A stretch of DNA of 34,297 nt from an uncultured Chlorobiaceae bacterium (GCA_903929845.1 CAIYWF010000077.1:1-34297); one strand, 5' to 3'; counted from the stretch's first letter, positions 1 to 15,000 are shown. Notes: generated by a model from the letters alone, not told the origin. Translations and numbers: made by a program.

Positions 1-80
1 AAAGCAAAATTCCGTAGTTTGATTTTGGAAAATCTCGGTAAGCTCAAAAACACCTCCGCAGGGTCAAAAATAGACAGTTT

Positions 81-3000
81 TTGATCGTGGTGGTATTCTC
101 AGATTTTCAAAAAACAGGGGTTTTCTGTCAGGCACTATTTATCGATGAGTTTACAGGCTCCGGCCTGGTTTCAAGCGCAGTTTTTGAGAATTTCTCCCCT
201 GTTTCAAGTGGGCCTGGGAATGAAATTGTTTTTGTCATGGGCAACCTGCCCGATCAGCAGGCACTGATCGGAGGGATTAAGCTTGGTGTCGAGATCTATA
301 TTCTTGACCCGCAGGGTGATGCCATTGCAGAGATGGTCTCCATCCTCAACGGGCGTAGCGGTATTGATGCCATCCACATTTTTTCTCATGGCGCGTCCGG
401 GTCGCTCTCTCTTGGCTCCACCACGCTGAACAGCAACACTCTTCTGGATCACCAGTCGCAACTGGCTGAACTTGGAAGCCACTTGACGGCCTCCGGCGAC
501 CTGTTGCTCTATGGCTGTAACGTGGCGCAGGGCGCTGACGGGCAGGCCTTTATTGAGTCAATCGCCAGAACCACCGGGGCTGATGTGGCGGCGAGTACGG
601 ATTTCACGGGTGTGGCGGCGATGGGGGGGAACTGGGTGCTGGAGGCGAAGACGGGGAGCATTGAAGGGCAAAATCTAAGCATCGATTCTTTTGCATCGGT
701 TCTTTATCAAGATGGTGGCGCGGTCACTATTCAGCAAGGTGATGCTCTCGGGTTAAGAAGCTACAGTCTGTACGACTATTTTCAAGGACAAGAGTTTTAT
801 TTTGCAGCCGGACCAGTTTTGATCGTTTCTCCATACACAGGGTCAACTGGAGCGGATATTGTTTTCAAATGCATAACAGCACCCGGAGACAACTCATTAA
901 CAGTAGGAAATTGGTACACTTGGACGGAACTTAAGACAACGTTACCCGCTTCTTTTACCAATGACCAAACTTACAATAACGTTCTGATAGATACGTTAAC
1001 TGCAAATGAGTGGGGGACGGCTATGGATTTTGATATAGCCGCACGCATTAACTGGAATAATGCCAACTTGCCAGCTACGCTTGAATTTACTCTGGGAGGA
1101 AGTAGGACTTATACAATAGGGATTAGTAAAGCCGCACCACCCAACACTGCCCCCACTGCTGGCAGCGGTTCCTACACTATCTACGAAGGCAACAGTGCTA
1201 CGGTCACTCTGTCGAAAAGCAACACATCGGCCAGCGACCCTGAAAATGATGCGCTGACGTTTAACCCGACATCGGTCTCCTACACCGCGTCCACCAATGC
1301 CGGTCTGAAGGGTACATACAACAACGTTTCCAGCAGTTCGTACAGTGTCAGTGACGGCAAGCTCACTGGTAACGGCGGCGTTTTTACCTGGAATGTTACC
1401 TACGTCGATGACCCTAGCACATGGGGTACTGCGCCGGCCAACCAGACATGGAGCAGCACCGGTAATAACAGTTTCAATTTCGGTACTGGCGCGAGTGACC
1501 CGGAAGGTGACACAGTAACTTACAGCTATGTCAGTGGCAAACCTGGCTGGATGAGCGTTTCAGGAACGACCATTTCTGGTAACATCGCGCCGGAGTACGC
1601 AGAGCAAACCTACACCATCACCGTGAATGCCACAAGTTCAGGCACACCAAGTCCAATTCAGAGGTCGTTCACCATCACCACCGGCACAGCGGCTCAATTA
1701 AACGATGCCCCGACAGCGGCGGCCAACAGTCTGGCGCTGACAGCCGTAGGTACGCGAGTATTTACGGCTCCCAACTTCGGCTTTACTGATCTCGACAATA
1801 CGGTTGGCCTTTCCACTGCTACCGGTGCGGCGCTGCACCATATCACCATTACTGCACTACCTGCCACTGGAACGCTCAAGCTCTCGGGCACGGCAATCAC
1901 TCTAAATCAGCAAATCCTTGCAGACAATATTGCGAATCTGACCTACACCTCAGGGACAACCTTCGACAAGAACGACACCTTCAGCTTTACCGTCAATGAT
2001 GGCATTGCGGACTCGGCAAGCAGCTATACGGTCACTCTCACCGATACCCTTGGCGCAACAGGCCAGGCGCCGGTGATCAAGTTGCCCTCCGTTACGGGCA
2101 GCACGCTGCTTGTTCCCTATACCGATGCAAGCTATCTCAACGCCGCAAAAGCTCCCGCAACCACCGATTATGTGGTCACGGTCAATGGTACTGCTGTAAC
2201 CGTCAGCAGCGTCGGTATTGCCAGCAATTCCCGGACAGTGACCCTGACTCTCGCTGTTCCGGTGGCAGTCACTGACCATATCACCATCAGCTACACCAAA
2301 CCGGCAAGTAACGCGGTGCAGGACAGTTCGGGCAATGAGGCTGCCAGCTTCAGCACGCGCGATGTCGTCAATGGCACCGTTACCACCAACTCGGGCACGG
2401 GCGCCACGGTGATCACGACGCAAAGCAGTTTTGACACTTCGATTCCAGCGCCAACGGGCAACGTCGATGTGGTGAACACAGGGAGCGGCAAGGTCATTGT
2501 CAACGCTCTCGACCCCAACGGCACCATTGTCACCACCGGTATAGGAGCGACTACCGTCAAAGACCCGACGGGGAGTGTCAATACCACAAACACCGGCACT
2601 GGAGCAACCACCGTCGACGGCGCTGGCGCAAGCAGCGTTGTGACGGCAACCGGGACGGGCATCACCAATGTCAGCAACCCGGCCAACAATGTTCAGGTTA
2701 TCAACAACAGCACTGGCAGCACCCTGATCACCGGCGTGAGCAGTGGCAACACCGTAATACCGAAAGGCAGCGGCGAGGTTGTGGTCACTTCAGTTTTGAC
2801 AACTCCGGGCACCATCACCGTTGACGCCACCAACAAACAGAGCAATCTGACGGCTGACAATGACAGTACCGGCACCATCAACATAACCGGCCTGATCAAC
2901 GGCGCAAGCCTCAAAAGCACTGGCAGCGGCAACAGCAGCGGGGCAACCAATATTGTCACTCCGGTCGGCAATCTCATACTCGACAACAGCGGCACAAGCC

Positions 3001-6000
3001 CGGTGAACATTACCGGTTTTGACACCGACAAAACGTTGACGCTCACCGGCAGCGGATCGACCAATGTTACAAGCCCCGATGGCAACCTTACGGTCGTCAA
3101 CAACGGTGCTGGAACGGCCACCGTCTCCGGCGCATTGGACGGTAAAATCGTGACGCCGCAAGGGACTGGCCCGGTTGTTGTCACTTCGGTACTGGGTGCA
3201 GGAAGCAGCATCACCATGGCTGCCACAGGCAATCAGAGTAATGTTACGGCAGACAACGATGGCCTGGGCGTTATCAATATTACCGGTTTGACTGAGGGCG
3301 CTTCGTTAAAGAGTACCGGCAGCGGCACTGGAGCAACCAATGTTGTTACTCCGATCGGCAGTCTCGCCCTGAACAATACCGGCACAAGCCCGGTGAATGT
3401 TACCGGTTTTGACACCGGCAAAACCCTGACGATCACTGGTGGCGGGTCGACCAATATTGTAAACCCGGATGGCAATGTCACGGTGAACAACACCGGAACA
3501 GGAATCGCTACAGTGAGCGGCACTACCAACAGCTCAACCATCACCACACAGGGAACCGGCCCGATCACCGTCAATTCGATTCTGACGACTGGCTATGGCA
3601 TCAATGTAAATGCGGCAGCCAACCAGCATATCATTCTCGACAACGACGGCGCCGGTACCATTACCGTCGCTGGCGCCACCACCGGCAGCACCATTTACAA
3701 CATCGGCAGCGGCACCGGCACCACCAACATCAGCGACCCCACCGGCACCGGCACCTTGACGGTACAAAACACCGGCGCCGACCCCCTGACCGTGACCGGC
3801 CTTGACAGCAGCGCTACGCTGACCAATACCGCTGGCAGCAACGGCAGCGGCGGCATCATCCTGGCCAGCCCGGACGGCAATGCTACCATCAACAATCTGG
3901 GCAGCAATACCGTCACAGCCACCGGCGTGCACCCCGATGCCACCATCAGCACCACAGGCACGGGCACCACGACGATTACTGACCCTTCAGGAAGCCTGAC
4001 GGTGAACAACACTGGCAGCGGTACGGTTTCAGTGGGCGGACTTAATGACGGCAGCGCCATTACCAGCAACGGCACGCAACCGGTTACCATCAGCAGCCCC
4101 GATGGCAACCTTATTGTCCATAACACAGGAACCGGAGTTGACACCGTCACCGGCCTTCTCAATAACAAAACGGTCACCACTGACGGAACTGGCACAACCA
4201 CTGTCAGCGATCCTGCCAGCAATGTGACGCTGCACAACACCGGTACCGGTTCACTCACGGTCACCGGCGCAAACAATGGCAGCACAGTGACGACGACTGG
4301 CACCACTGCTACAACGGTTAAAAATCCTGATGGCAACGTTACGGTGAACAATACCGGCACGGGAACTGCCACTGTTGAAGGAACCCTCACCGCCAAAACA
4401 GTCACCATTGGCGGAACAGGGCCGATTGTGGTGAACTCGGTGCTCCTCTCTCCCGGTATCATTACCGTTGATGCAACACTAAACCAGCAGCATCTGACCG
4501 TTGACAACGACGGCACGGGCGCCATCAACATTACCGGACTGACCAACGGTGCAACCCTTAAAAGCACTGGCGATGGCACAGGAACAACGACTGTGGTCAC
4601 ACCAATCGGAGACCTTGTGCTGGAGAGCACGGGCACCAATGTTGTTGTCATCACAGGCTTTGACACCGGAAGCAAACTGTCGGTGACCGGCACCGCCAAT
4701 ACAACGGTTAAAAATCCTGATGGCGATGTTACGGTCGACAATACCGGCCAAGGCATTGTTACGGTGGAAGGTGTGCCTGACGGTAAAACGGTGACGGCAT
4801 CGGGACCGGGCACGACCCTTGTCAACGATCCGCTTGGCGATATCACCCTCCACAATGATATCCTGACCAGCGTTGTCTCTGTCAGCGGTGTCAATACCGG
4901 CAAAACCGTTACCTCAACCGGAGTCGGCCCCAAAGCGGTCAATGCACCCGATGGCGACATTACCATCAACAGCACCGGAACAGGGGTGACGACAGTCTCC
5001 GGCACCCTGAATGGAAGTACGGTTACAACGAAAGGAACCGGCCCGATTACGATCCACTCCGACTTGGTTGCAGGCAACACGGTCAACGTCAATGCGGCTG
5101 CTAATACCCATATTACGCTCGACAACGACAATACTGGCGCCATAAATGTTACCGGTGTTACGACGGGCAGTACCATCACAAGCACCGGAACCGGCGGAGC
5201 AGGCGCCACTGGTACGACCACTATTGCCAATCCGACAGGCAATCTCATTGTCGACAATACAGGGACATCACCGGTCAAGATCACCGGATTCGACACCAAC
5301 AAAATCCTGACGGTGACCGGCAACGCCACCAGCTCTACCGAGGTGGTAAATCCTGACGGCAACGTCTTTGTTTCCAACAATGGCGACGGTCAGCTCACGG
5401 TCAGAGGCCTGAATAATGGCAACAGCGTCAACAATGCTGGTGCACATCCTGTCACCATCACGAATCCTGACGGGAATGTCTATGCCATCAACGATGGAAC
5501 TGGTCTCATCTCGGTCAATGGCGTGCAGAACGGCAGCACGGTCAACTGCACCGGCAATGGTCCGCAGACCATCGACCTTGCAAGCCTGACAGCAACGCAG
5601 TCGGCCACAGTTGACAATGATGGAACCGGTACGGTAAATGTGGTAAATATTCCTTCGGGCACAGCGGTAACCTTTACCGGGAATGGCCCCACTACGGTAA
5701 GCAGCCTTACGGGCAATGTAACGCTTGAGAATCTGAGTACCAGCCTTGTCACCATTGCCAATGCAGCAAACGGAAGCACCATTACCACCATCGGCGATGG
5801 CCCGTTTTTCATGGATGCCGATGTGCCGATGAGCCAGAGCGTCACGGTTGATATCACCAATAATGCCAATATCAGCTTTGACAATGATGGCCCTGGTGTA
5901 GTAAATGTTATCGGGAGCAACAATAACACTATCACCACCACCGGCAATGGCCCGATGACGGTGACCAATCCTCTGGGTGATCTGGTGGTGGCCAATAGCG

Positions 6001-9000
6001 GGAGTGGTGTTGTTACCGTAAACGGAGCCGCCAACAATGCTGCCATAACACCTCAGCATGAAGGGCCTGTCGTTGTCAATTCCCTGCTTGCTTCGTGGAA
6101 CTCAATTACGGTGGATGCCACAGGCAACCAGAGTCACCTGACGGTAGACAACGACAGTACGGGCATTATCAAGGTTACCAATCTTGCTGAAGGTGCCGTT
6201 CTTACAAGCATCGGCAGCGGGAGCGGAGCAACCAATGTTGTTACTCCGGTCGGCAATCTCTCGCTGGTAAATACCGGCACAAGCCCGGTGAATATTACCG
6301 GTTTTGATGACGGCAAAACCCTGACGATCACCGGCAGTGGTTCAACCAACATTACAAACCCGGATGGCAACCTTTCGGTTCTCAACAATGGCCTCGGCAC
6401 AACTACGGTATCCGGCGCGCTGAACGGCAAAACCGTTACGCCGGAAGGCTCGGGTCCGGTTATCGTTACGTCGATTCTGGGTGCGGGAAGCAGCATTACG
6501 GTGGATGCCAAAGGCAACCAGAGCCATGTTACGGCTGACAACGACGGCGCAGGCGTTATCAATGTCACCGGCCTGATTGACGGCGCAACACTCAAGAGCA
6601 CAGGCAGCGGCAACGGAGCAACCAATGTTGTTACTCCTGTCGGAAATCTCACGCTCGACAACACTGGCTTAAGCCCGGTAAATGTTACCGGTTTTGACAA
6701 CAGCAAAACGCTCTCGGTTACGGGCAGTGGCCCAACCACCGTCAGTTCCCCGGATGGAGATATGACCGTAGCCAACAACGGCAGCGGTCTGGTCACTCTG
6801 ACGGGCGTGCTGGAGAACAAAACGATCAGCGCCACCGGAAGCGGCAACACCGCCATCAGTACGCCGAATGGAGATATTGCCGTTGCAAACAGCGGCAGCG
6901 GCCTGGTAACCCTGACAGGCATTCTTGACGGCAAGATTGTCACGACTTCCGGTACCGGGCCTGCCACCATTGACGACCCTGCTGGCAATGTGACGGTGTC
7001 AAATAGTGGCACTGGTCTGGTCAAGGTCAACGGCGCCAATGACAACAGCACCGTTACCACCACCGGCGACCACCCGGTGACCATCAGCAGCCCGGATGGC
7101 AACCTTACAGTTCATAACATTGGCTATGGAGTTGACACGGTCACCGCTCTCGTAAGCGGCAAGACGGTTACAACTGACGGCAGCGGCGAGACCATTGTCA
7201 GCGACCCATCGGGCGACGTAACGCTGCACAACACTGGCACCGGTTCACTCTCTGTTACAGGAGCAAACAATGGGAGCACGGTTACCACCACCGGCAGCAC
7301 GGCAACGACGGTCAGCAACCCCGATGGCAACGTCACGGTAAAGAACACGGGAACGGGAACCACCACCGTTGATGGCACTCACACGGGTAGTGTCGTCACG
7401 CTTGATGGCAATGGACCAATCATTGTTCATTCGGACTTGCTTACACCAGGTTATATAGGCGTCAATGCCGCGCTGAACCAGAACAATCTGACGGTTGACA
7501 ATGACGGCACCGGAGCGATCAACATTACTGGACTGAGCAACGGTGCAAGCCTTAAAAGTACCGGTAGTGGCACTGGCACAACAACGGTTTCCGATCCTGC
7601 AGGGAGTATATCGCTGAATAATGCCGGCGCCAATATTGTCACCATAACAGGTTTTGATAACGATAAAGCACTGACGGTGACCGGCACTGGCCCAACCACG
7701 GTGAGTTCTCCGGATGGCAACGCATCCATCATCAACAATGGCAGCGGTACAGTCACCCTGACCGGTGTTAAAATCGGCCAGACCATCACTGCGTCAGGCA
7801 GTGGCCCTACCAATGTCAGTGATCCATCCGGCAATATCACTCTTGACAACTCAAGCCTTACCGGAACTATCTCGGCCACCGGCGTCAACACCGGTTGCAC
7901 GGTAACCACTACCGGCGTCGGTTTGAAAGAGGTCAACGCCCCTGATGGCAACGTCACTATTAACAGTACTGGCACGGGCAAGACAACGGTCTCCGGTACC
8001 TTGAGTGGCAGCACAGTCACAACCCAGGGAACCGGCCCCATCACCGTACACTCTGATCTGACGACGGGCACGGTCAACGTCAATGCTGCAGCAAACACAC
8101 ATATTACACTCGACAACAACAATGGCGGTGCAGTCAATGTCACCGGTGTCACCACAGGCAGCACCATTCACAGTATCGGCATTGGCACAGGCAGTGTCAC
8201 CATCAACAATCCTGTCGGAAATCTGACGATAGACAATACCGGTACCGATCCGGTAAAAATCACCGGTTTTGACACCAACAAAACCTTCACACTGACCGGC
8301 AGTGCCACCAGTTCAACCGAGGTTGTCGACCCCGACGGAAACGTGGTTGTTGCCAACAGCAGCAGCGCCGCCTTGACCATCAGCGGTCTCAATATTGGCA
8401 ACAGTGTCACCAACAAGGCTGGCAGTGGCGCCGTCAACATCACCAATCCTGACGGTAATGTCTATGCCATCAACAACGGAACAGGCGCTATCAACGTCAG
8501 CGGCATAAAAGATGGCAGCACCATCAACTCGACTGGAAGTGGCCTGGAGACGGTTGATCTTGAGACCCTGGGGTCAGGACATTCGGTCACTATCGATAAC
8601 GATGGCTCCGGATTGGTGAATCTTCTCCATGTTTCAAATGGGACAACAGTATCATTTACCGGTAACACGCTTGCATCCGGTTCGACAACAATCAGCAGCC
8701 TCTCTGGCGAAGTGACGCTTGAAAATGTCAGTGTGAGTTCGAGCGTTATAAGTGTCTCCGGTATTGTTGCCGGCAGTAAAATTCATACCACCGGTACGGG
8801 AGAAATTGCCATCACGACGGCACTTTCGGCAGGAGAGAAAATCTTCATAGACCCGACAGGCAATGATCATCTCCGGATTACCAACACAGGTGCAGGGCAG
8901 GTCGATCTGCTTGGAAGTATCGCGCTGGACAGCAACGATGCCATGGCCTTTACCTTGACTGGCACTGGCACCACCATACTTAATGAAACCGGGACGCTTG

Positions 9001-12000
9001 ACCTGGGCAATGCACCGCTTACACTCTCTCTGGCAGCAGGATATATCCCGCAAGCTGGTGACTCCATTACCCTGATCTCCAATGATGGCATTGATGCTGT
9101 AACGGGAATCTTTGCCGGAAAAGAGGAAGGGTCGCTTGTTATGGTTGGAGGATATCAATTCACCATAAGCTATAAAGGGGGCATTGATGGTAATGATGTC
9201 GTGCTCAGCATGAGCAGACCGCCTGTTGTCGATACTACCGATGTCACGGGCGCAGTCGCTGAACAGGGTACCCCCGCCGGGAACATTACCGACAGCGGCA
9301 CCATTGGCTTTACTGACGGTGACCTTGCTGATACGCACAGCGTCAGTACCGTCACTTCCTCTTCAGGAGCCTTGGGCACGCTGACAGCCATCCGCACCCA
9401 CGACAGCACCGGCACTGGCCTGGGTGGCGTGGTCACCTGGAACTACAGTGTTGCGGCCTCGGCGGTTGAATATCTTGCTGCCAGCGAGCTTAAAGTTGAA
9501 AGCTTTACCTTTAGTGTCCAGGATAGTCAGGGCAACAGTGTTTCTCGAACGGTCGACGTGACCATAACGGGCACGAACGATGCGCCGACACTTGGCAGCG
9601 TCACCAACGGTTCAATTGTTGAAAATGCGTTGGTCTCAACAACAACAGATTCTGGTTTAAGCGGCACGCTCATCGGGGCTGACATTGACAACAACCATAC
9701 CCTGACCTATGGCATAACCGGTGGCACCGTAGACGCTGAATTGTCAACGCTGAAACTGATTTACGGAACACTGTCCGTGGATACCGCAAATGGCACCTTC
9801 AGCTATGTGAAGGATGCCTCAGAAGTCGAAGCGCTGCACTCTGGAGAGAATGTCAGTGACGTGTTTACGGTAACCATAACGGACGACCATAGTGTTCAAA
9901 CGACGCAAAGCTACACGGTCAATCTGACTGGCGCCAACGATGCTCCGACACTTGCTGCAGTGACATCTGGCTCGATAGCTGAAGATGCGCTGGCCTCGAC
10001 AACGACAGGTTCTGGTTTAAGCGGCACGCTTGTCGGAGCTGACGTTGACAACGACAAGGTGCTGACCTACGGCATTTCAACCGGAAATGTTACTGCTGGT
10101 GTTTCGACGCTGGCCAGCAGCTACGGAACACTGACCGTAAATACATCAACCGGCGCCTACAGTTATGCAAAAAATGCCGCTGCACTAGAATCGCTGCATG
10201 TTGGCGAGAGTGTCACCGACGTGTTTACGGTGACCGTAACAGACAACCACGGAAGTCAGACGACCCAAAATTACACCATAAACGTGACTGGTGCCAACGA
10301 TGCTCCAACGCTCGCATCGGTGACATCGGGCTCAATAGCTGAAGATTCGCTTGCCTCAACAACCACAAGCGCCAACCTGAGCGGCACGCTTGCAGGAGCT
10401 GACGTTGACAACGACAAGGTGCTGACCTACGGCATAACCGGCGGCACCGTAGCCACTGGATCATCAACACTGAAAATGAGTTACGGCACACTGACCGTCA
10501 ATACAACAACCGGGGCCTACAGTTATGCGAAAGATGCCGCAGCAGTAGAAGCATTGCATGCCAGCGAGAGTGTCAGCGACGTGTTTACGGTGAGCGTAAC
10601 AGACAACCATGGAGCACAGGCGACGCAGAGCTACACAATCAACTTGACCGGTGCCAATGATGCTCCGACACTTGCTGCGGTAACATCGGGCTCAATAGCT
10701 GAAGATTCGCTTGCCTCAACAACCAGAAGCGCCAACCTGAGCGGCACGCTTGCAGGAGCTGACGTTGACAACGACAAGGTGCTGACCTACGGCATAACCG
10801 GCGGCACCGTCACCGCCGGATCATCAACACTGAAAATGAGTTACGGCACACTGACCGTCAATACAACAACCGGGGCCTACAGTTATGCGAAAGATGCCGC
10901 AGCAGTTGAAGCGTTGCATGCCAGCGAGAGTGTCAGCGACGTGTTTACGGTAAGCGTAACAGACAACCATGGAGCACAGGCGACGCAGAGCTACACAATC
11001 AACTTGACCGGCGCCAACGATGCTCCGATAATCAACAGCAATTCATCCGTCATGTCTGGCTCAATTACGGAGGCAGGCCACCTCGACAATGGCCAGGCTG
11101 TGCTCAACGGAATGGGCCTTGATGGCTTGACACATGTCACCGGTACATTAAGTGCCAGCGATGTGGATAACAACGCCACCCAGACCTGGAGTGTCTCAGA
11201 CCAGACACCAGCCACTGTCTATGGAACGATGACGATCAACTCCAGTACCGGAAATTGGGACTATGCGCTGAACAACTACTTGCCGGCAACCCAGGCTTTG
11301 CGGGAGGGTGATGTTGTCACCGAAACCTTTACTGCGCGAGTAACAGATGATCAAGGCGCTTATGCTGATCAGACGGTTACCGTCACGATCAACGGCACCA
11401 ATGACGTGCCAGTGGTTGCGAACAATGCTTCTGCGCTGGATGGTGTCGTTACTGAAGCTGGTAATAATGACAATGGCACGGTAGTTTCCGGGACTGCGAC
11501 GGCAAGCGCCACCTTGATTGCCAATGATGTGGATACGGGAGCTACCCAGGTATGGAGCTTGGTAGGAAAACCAGGCTCAACTTATGGGGTAATGAGCATT
11601 GACCCGGCAACAGGCAAGTGGACCTATACGCTCGACAATACCCTTGCCGCTTCTCAAGCGTTAAGAGAGGGCGATGTTGATACCCAGACCTATACTGCGC
11701 GAGTAACTGACGACAAGGATGCCTATGTCAACCAGACGATCACTATTACCATCAATGGCACCAACGACTCCCCTGTAGCTGTAGCCGATACCAATACCAC
11801 TTCCGAAAATGCGACGCTGACAGTAAATGCTGCGAATGGCGTTCTTGCAAACGATACCGATCCTGATACAGGCGCCACGCACGCAGTCAACGCGGTCAAT
11901 GGAGTGTCAGGTAATGTTGGTGCTGCAGTAACAGGAACGCATGGAGGTGCCTTTACCATCGCCGCCGATGGCTCGTATACCTTCAATCCCGGAAGCTCCT

Positions 12001-15000
12001 TTGACTGGCTCGCTGCTGGAGAAACAACGACCACGAGTGTGCTCTATACAGTTATTGATGACAAAGTCGCCACAAGCAGCAATACGGTGTCGGTAACATT
12101 GACTGGCACAAATGATGCTGCAATTATTACCGGAACGAGTACGGCGAGCCTGACAGAAACCGATGCGGTGCTGACGACAACAGGTACCCTCTCGGTAACT
12201 GACGTTGACAGCCCGGCGACCTTTATAGCGCAGACAAATGTTGCTGGAACGAACGGATATGGCCACTTCAGTATCGGGACGAATGGAGTGTGGATCTACA
12301 CGACCGACAGTGCACACAATGAGTTTGTAAAGGACACTCATTATACCGACAGTATAACGGCAGCGACAGCCGACGGCACAGAGCAGATGATGACCGTGAC
12401 GATAGCCGGGACAAATGATGCCCCGGTGATCAGTGGAACCTTGATCGGCAGTATCACTGAAACCACGGGTACACCGGCAGCACTCTCTACCCTGACGAGT
12501 AGCGGGACGCTGGCATTCAGTGATATTGATGTTGCCGATACTCATACGCTGGGTGCAATGATTGCCTCAACCGGTGCGTTGGGTACAATGACCATAACAA
12601 ATACTGCGGATACAACAGGAACGGGCCTTGGTGGCCAACTTGCCTGGAGTTACAGTGTAGACGCTGCCACCGTTGAATATCTGGCGGCAGGAGAGACGAA
12701 AGATGAACTCTTTACGTTTACCCTGAGTGATGATCAGGGCGGAACAACCGAGCGTACGGTAACGATAACACTGACGGGAACAAACGACGCTGTTGCCATT
12801 GTCTCTGGTTCGACCATAGCGAGTGGCGTATTCACTGAAACCGACCGGAGTACTGGCTCTGCGGCGCTTGACACCGTGAGTAGTTCGATAGCCTTTACTG
12901 ACGCTGATTTAAAAGATTTGCACGTGGTCACGGTGACCGGCACCAGTTTTGCGTGGTCAAACGGCGACTTGACGCAGGCACAGCAAGATGCGCTTGCAGC
13001 GGCCTTCCATCTTGGAGTCAAGTCAGACAGTACCGGTATCGGAAGCGGAATACAGGCCTGGTCTTTCAGTGCACCAGATGCAACATTTGACTTTCTGGCA
13101 AAAAATGCAACGCTGACGGCAACCTATACGGTGACTTTTGATGACGAAAAGGGTAGTTCCGCATCAAGAGATGTTGTGATAACGGTAACGGGTACCAACG
13201 ATGCAGCCGTTATCAGCGGCACAAGCACGGCAACCCTGACGGAAAGCAATGCAGTGCTGACGACAACGGGCACCCTCTCAGCGACGGATGTTGACAGCGC
13301 AACAACCTTTGTAGCGCAAACGAATGTGGCGGGCAATCACGGTTACGGCAAGTTCAGCTTAAGTACAGAGGGTACGTGGCTCTACACGACAAACACTGCA
13401 CACAATGAATTTGTGGGCAGCACCAACTACACCGACAGTGTTACCGTTGCCGCAGCAGATGGTACTCAGCAGCTCATCACGGTGACGATTGCTGGCACGA
13501 ACGATGCAGCAATCATTACAGGCACCAGTACTGCCAGTTTGACTGAAGGAAAAACAGCTCTTTCCGCGACAGGGACGCTCTCGGCCAGTGATGTTGACAG
13601 CACGGCGACCTTTGTTGCGCAGACAAATGTCGCTGGTTCAAATGGCTACGGCCACTTCAGTGTCGGCACGAACGGGGTGTGGAACTACACCACTGACAGC
13701 GCACATGGTGAATTTGTCCTTGGCGAAAACTACGTCGACAGCATTACCGTAACCACGGCTGACGGAACACCACAGCTTGTCACGGTGACCATTGCGGGCA
13801 GCAACAGCGGTGCGGTCATAACCGGCACGAGTACCGCCAGCCTGACTGAAACCAACGCCGTTCTGACAACGACGGGCACGCTTGTGGCTACCGATCTTGA
13901 CAGTCCGGCGACGTTTGTTGCGCAGACAAATGTTGCAGGCAACCACGGCTATGGCCACTTCACTCTTGGCACGAACGGTGTCTGGAGCTACACAACTGAC
14001 AATGCCCACAATGAGTTTGCGTCTGGCACTGACTATACTGACAGCTTCAGTGCCTCAACAGCAGACGGTACAGAGCAGGTGGTGACTGTGACGATTGCGG
14101 GGACCAACGATGCGGCTGTCATCAGCGGCACCAGCACGGTGAGTCTGACGCAAAACAGTGTGCCGCTGACGACTACGGGCACACTTTCCGCTACTGATGT
14201 GGACAGCGCAACAACCTTTGCAGCACAAACAGATGTTGCGGGGAACCATGGCTACGGGACATTCAGCATCGGCACAGACGGTGTGTGGAACTATACGGCA
14301 AAAAGTGCTCACGGCGAGTTTTTGGGCGGCGCCGACTATACCGACAGCTTCACCGTTGCAACGGCCGATGGCACGCAGCAGCTTGTTACGGTCACCATAA
14401 AGGGTGTTGACGATCCAGCAGTGCTTTCATCGGCTATCGCTACCCTGCCTGCAAGCAGTACAGAGAGCATCCTACAGGGTCTGTTGACGATCCGTGATGC
14501 CGACACTCCTTCTGCCGCTTTTAAGCCACAGGAAAATGTTCGTCTTGCTGATGGTCATGGTACCTTTACTCTTGACGCTACTGGTGCCTGGAGGTATGAG
14601 TTTGATGACGGTGCCGGCGAAGTCAGCGATCTCTTTACGGTATACAGCACTGACGGAAAGTCGTCAACAACCGTCAGTGTCCACAAAACCAGTGGACCTA
14701 TTTCACTGGGTAATGACAGTGATAACGTCCCTCTTGTTGGTGTCCAGGTTCCTGTTGGTGTTGGTTTTTCTGAAGAACACTTTACTGAAGGCACCCTTGC
14801 AACCCTGGAGCAGCAACTTGTTGATGCTTCAAAGCCGAAGATAATAACTGATGGTGAAGGGACTCCCGAAGAGCAACAGACTTTCGCGGAGATTCTGAAA
14901 GGCGGTATTCAAGCCTATGTGCCTACGGTTCAGGATCAGCAGCAGGTGACCGTGCGAACCATAACGTTCAGCAAAGATTCTGCCAATACAACAGCCTCCA

